The notes beneath the pieces were generated by a model. That model made no database searches and was not told the origin of the DNA. It saw only the letters and a list, made by a program, of their open reading frames with translations. A stretch of 53,417 nt of DNA, the filler included, from Squatina squatina (taxonomy: Eukaryota), in assembly GCA_031763465.1 (NCBI GenBank). It is 3 parts of 3 records of this genome, joined end to end, with 100 filler letters (N's around TTAATTAATTAA, not from the genome) between each part and the next. Parts side by side here need not be neighbours in the genome. Positions count along the whole stretch, not along the records: positions 35,174 to 53,417 come from JARFOE010000203.1; 2 more parts are not named here. One strand, 5' to 3'. Within the stretch, counting starts at the first letter, position 1. Every line of letters begins with the position of its first letter. This document shows, piece by piece, positions 48,935 to 53,417 of the stretch. Made by a program: the position numbers and the translations under genes.

Positions 48935-49362
48935 GGAGTCAGATGTTTGTGGATTCAAATCCCACAACAGAGACTTGAGCACAAAATCGAGGTTGGCACT
49001 CCTAGTCCAGTGCTGAGGGAGTGCTGCAGCACTGCCAGAGGTGCCGTCACTCAGATGAGACATTAAACCAAGGCTCCGTTTGCCCTCGCAGGTGGACGTA
49101 AATAATCCCATGGCACTATTTCAAAGAATAGCAGGGGAGGTCTACCCGGTGTCCTGGCCAATATTTATCCCTCAACCAACGTCACTAAAAACAACTCGTC
49201 ATGAATACAATGCTGCTTGTGGGACCTTGCTGTGCACAAATTGGCTGCTGCGTTTTCTGCATTATAACAGTGCACTTCAAACGTACTTCATTAGCCGAGA
49301 AGTGTTTTGGGATGTCCTGAGGTCAGGAAAGGCGATGCATAAATGCAAATCTTTCCTTCCCT
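48935..49362 (+). mobile_element. Near full-length SacSINE1/DeuSINE-like SINE
   Basis: Core ggtggacgtaaataatcccatggcactatttcaaagaatagcaggggaggtctacccggtgtcctggccaa and tail gaaaggcgatgcataaatgcaaatcttt. Confidence 0.8.
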
Positions 49363-50796
49363 TTTTTTATAATTCAATATTCTGATACTGGGGAATCAGC
49401 CTTGTCTCATCATTGGATAATTACATCTCGCTCCTCTTCAGTTCTTCATTCACGAGTCCTTGTATTTTTAGCCAATATTCAAGGGGTGGCATCCTTTTAT
49501 TGTCATTGTTTGGCAGTGGAACCATTAACACTGTGCTGCCATAGTAACAAGAAGCGAATTACAATAAACCAATTATTTTCAATGATGCACCCTAGTCAGG
49601 GCCGTTATGTTCACTTTGGATTAGCCGAGCAGATNNNNNNNNNNNNNNNNNNNNNNNNNNNNNNNNNNNNNNNNNNNNNNNNNNNNNNNNNNNNNNNNNN
49701 NNNNNNNNNNNNNNNNNNNNNNNNNNNNNNNNNNGGATTAGTGAGAAAGCTGGCTCTGATACGAATGCTCTGTGCGTTATATGACTCAAAATCACAATCA
49801 CAATCACAAAGCCTCTTTTTTTTCTTTTCAGTGTGCCTTATTACTTTCCACTCTCTTCCATTTCATGTTTTTCTGGCTCTCGATGAAGAAAAACCCTATT
49901 TAAAATGTGTAGCACACGTTAAATGTGCCACCCACGGCAAACTGCTGGAATACTCACCTCCAGTGTAAATACTCAAAGCTGGCCTGGCAAGAGGCCGAGA
50001 GCCAAACACCACCTTTTCTGTTCAGCTTGAAGCACAGCCTCTTGTGGAGCTTCCAAAAGATCAACAGAATGCGGCCATCTAGTTACACTCGGGTCAGAAA
50101 AGTCAGCATGGCACACGATACGCTGCATCACCATTATGGGACTTGAAACTGCACAAAAATAATCCAGTCACTTTTCTTTTGTTTCCCGACTTGCTCCCTT
50201 TCTTTCCCAAAAGGGAAAATCTCAAGCTGAGATACGGTTTGTAGAACCATAGAATGATGCTCTTCTTCAAAATAGTTCTGTGGGATCATTTACCCACGCT
50301 GATTAAACTTTACAATGTGCACAAATCTAGGCTGACCCTTCGGCGGAGTAGAGAAGGAGAAAAAGCCTGCATTTATATCGTGCTTNNNNNNNNNNNNNNN
50401 NNNNNNNNNNNNNNNNNNNNNNNNNNNNNNNNNNNNNNNNNNNNNNNNNNNNNNNNNNNNNNNNNNNNNNNNNNNNNNNNNNNNNCATATCGGGCAAGGA
50501 CAGGATCAGATTCAGCTGTGCTGTTCTCACACTTGAAGTACAGGGTGAGGTACCAGAAGGCTCCTGGCCCCATGGGCCCTCCAATACCCCAGCGGGACTC
50601 CCTGCCGGCAGGAGAGGGAAGGGGATATATTAAAAAAAACTGAATGGAAATGAGTGACAGGAGAAGAGTTTGCATGAATGAGGCAGTGTAATCATTGAGC
50701 TCAAGGTCACAGCCCGGTTACGACCAGTTCAATTCAACCCAGTTTGCACAGAGGCAGAACAGAGACTGCAACCAATCTTAGCCTGCCTCAAAGCCA

Positions 50797-50877
50797 GGTG
50801 TCAGGGTCAAATGTCAGAGCCCGGTGTTAGGGTCAAATGTCACGGCTGGTGTCAGGGTCAGGTGTCAGGGTAAAGGG
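50797..50877. repeat. Short degenerate tandem repeat (ggtgtcagggtca core)
   Basis: The core occurs four times with variable spacing. Confidence 0.7.
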
Positions 50878-51454
50878 CCTGTTTACGTTGCTTAATCAGT
50901 GTCTGTGTGTGTGTGGGGATTTACCACACCACAACAGCAATAACGGTAAGTGAAAACGACTGATATTGCAGGANNNNNNNNNNTATCGTCATGCTGGTGT
51001 TTCTGGAAATAATTTCTCCTTTGCCAGGTCACCTCAATCTGCCACTTAGCAACAATAATCTGTGGTGCAGAATGTAAAACAGCAGGGGCGCAGAAACCAG
51101 TCTCACAGTGACTGACAGCGGAAATCCTGAAATATTCACAATCAACTGTGCACGGCTTCAATAAGAAGCGTATGGACACTCTGATCCAGTGAATCCCTCA
51201 ATTCAACACAATCTCAATGGATCCTGCAAAGCAGAGTGCGAGTGGTCAACTTTCATAGACTAGTGGGATTCTGGCGCCTGTGGGATCCCCCCCCCCCCTC
51301 AGTCTGGAGGTGCGGCCTAAGCAGGCCAACATTAAAAAAAACCCCGGCAATCTGTCTGCTTACGATGCTCTGTACACATCTAGCCAGAAGCACTCTGCTG
51401 CAGGAAGGCAGAAGGTAACAGGACATGTCCGTCACATTTGGAAATGGTCCTTAC

Positions 51455-51710
51455 CTGCGCTTCAGTTCTTGATAAAAGCTCCTGCTCCCACATCCTTTTC
51501 TCTCTCTAAAGTGCCGTTCTGGACTACGCCTGATATTTCTGTTGACTTCAGCCTGCTGATTACAACACAGCAGTGCAAAACCATTCCAAACTGCCAAATG
51601 TGTTTGGAGGCTTGCGCTGTGCATCCTGGTGCCAGCAACACTACAAACCCAAAGACAACCTTAAAGAAGGCCTTAGGGAGCAATGAAGAGCCTCTTAAGC
51701 CTGTATGTAA
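51455..51710 (-). other. Candidate non-coding 5' exon of HIVEP3
   Basis: Acceptor ctcattcttatccag| and donor GCAG|gtaagg on the HIVEP3 strand, upstream of the coding exon. Splice-site evidence only. Confidence 0.3.
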
Positions 51711-53417
51711 CTGGATAAGAATGAGGCTCGGTGCATTACATCACAAAAGAAAATACAGTAACACTGAGGCAGTGTTTGCAGTGTTTATCCAGTACTGGGA
51801 GCTGCTCGCAACTCAGCCACACAGAGTAGACTGCCAAAGCTACACTGATTCAGCAACTGCACTCAGTGACTCGGCAGGGGTGGAAAAAGCCATTATGTGA
51901 CGGTAAACAAAAATAATCAGCTTTGATTATCTACTATCTCGAGAAGTTGTAAAAATGTCGCGGGACCTTTTAGCAACCAGAAGCCACGCCGAGGAAGCAG
52001 CGGATTCAGCACCTTCGTATTAAACTACTGATTTCTGTCAGGTTTGCGACATTTTATTGTGAATAAGTAATGTCGACTTCTACTGGATGTTTTAAAAAAT
52101 AAATTCAGAAATAGCTGAAAGACTAAGTTATGAAAAAGTATAGGCTGGATACAGATCACTGCTGCCGATATTAGCGGATGAACGTTCGATGCATTCATAT
52201 GACATTCCGCTGTCCTTTATTTCTAACAGAGACGCTAACACTTCAATTACACAGGCTAAAACCCTGATCAGAATTGCGGACAAAGCACTGGCACACAGAT
52301 GTAGGATGGATTCATCTGCTAATGTTAGAGACAGTCATCTACAGCCTCTTGGGCACGATTTCCAAACTGGTGAGTTTCAACGGTGAATATTTGTTAACAT
52401 TGATCAGTTGGTCTGTTTGTCAGAAATGTATTTGGAGTAATATCCATTCATAAAATCTTTAAATTGACATTTCATGTTGTAAAATGGGCCACTGTCACAA
52501 AAGGGAGCTAAGGAACAGTTTAATATTCACCCGTCACGCTGATTGCCATCAGAGTAAACTTTGCACACATTTTATTGTCACAGCAAAGGAGCCGATGCAA
52601 CAATGGTTAAGGTGAAAGCCAAGTAGAAACAACCAGTCCAGGCAGCGAATCTTGTAGAATAACAGAATAATAAAGGAGTGGTTAAAACTGCAGCATTTTC
52701 ATTTAAGGACATTAAGGAAAAGTTTTGGATCACTGTGTGCCTAGTCAGGATGCCAAATCAAAANNNNNNNNNNNNNNNNNNNNNNNNNNNNNNNNNNNNN
52801 NNNNNNNNNNNNNNNNNNNNNNNNNNNNNNNNNNNNNNNNNNNNNNNNNNNNNNNNNNNNNNNNNNNNNNNNNNNNNNNNNNNNNNNNNNNNNNNNNNNN
52901 NNNNNNNNNNNNNNNNNAGTGATTCCGTGTCTGGAGTCGGTCAGTTGTTGCTGATGTCTGCACTTTACACTGAAACCGGCCAGGATCATATGATCAGACT
53001 CAAGGATGTTCAGCAGGGAACAAGGCACAGCCTTTAAATCTGCAATAGGCTAACACAGACCCTGATGCCTTTTATATCACCAGGGTGCCAGTGGAAGGGG
53101 ACGGAGAGGAAAAGAAAGAGGATTGTTTTTTTGATGCTCCCCTTATTTCTATTGTTCTCATTGCATGATTCTTGGCCCCTCTGCCTTTTTTCTTTAAATA
53201 TATGACCCGTGCCATTTTCCTTACCTATATAAGACTGTCTTATCTTCCTCGGCTCTTTTCCTTCCAATTGTTTTGTTTCATTCTTCCAAAGGCTGGTTTC
53301 CGTTTACCACTGAAGTTCCCTTTAATGTAGTCAGTCACCCTGATGAGTTCGGAGTCAGCAAACTGCAGATTAGTTTTGTGCTTTTCCTGTAATTTTTTAT
53401 TTCGCCCTGCTTATTCT

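Noticed and set aside
51280-51900. 206-aa plus-strand ORF
   Set aside because: Non-ATG start, no recognisable domain, and antisense to HIVEP3 upstream sequence.

Overview
Eukaryotic vertebrate DNA from a fragmented draft assembly, very probably a cartilaginous fish (shark or ray), judged from its CR1/HER1-like LINE tails, SacSINE1-like DeuSINEs and L2, RTE and Penelope fragments. Short contigs are joined by 100-N gaps, sized gaps and two artificial N44-TTAATTAATTAA-N44 spacers that divide the window into three blocks. Block A (1-16387) holds the TANC2 terminal coding exon and 3'UTR (+), three exons of a RING-Bbox-coiled-coil-B30.2 TRIM gene (-) and one ACE N-domain catalytic exon (+). Block B (16488-35073) holds one POLR3F exon (+) and the alternatively spliced 3' end of QKI (-): exon 6, the QKI-6 and QKI-5 exons, a terminal exon and a conserved UTR, plus a ~63-bp minisatellite. 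Block C (35174-53417) holds the giant first coding exon of HIVEP3 (-). The best novelty candidate is the TRIM: it has a 19-residue, charge-free, transmembrane-like segment between an intact RING and an intact B-box, and a consensus ISRE lies upstream. All gene and repeat calls come from recognising sequence by eye and memory; no searches were run. Repeat boundaries are approximate.
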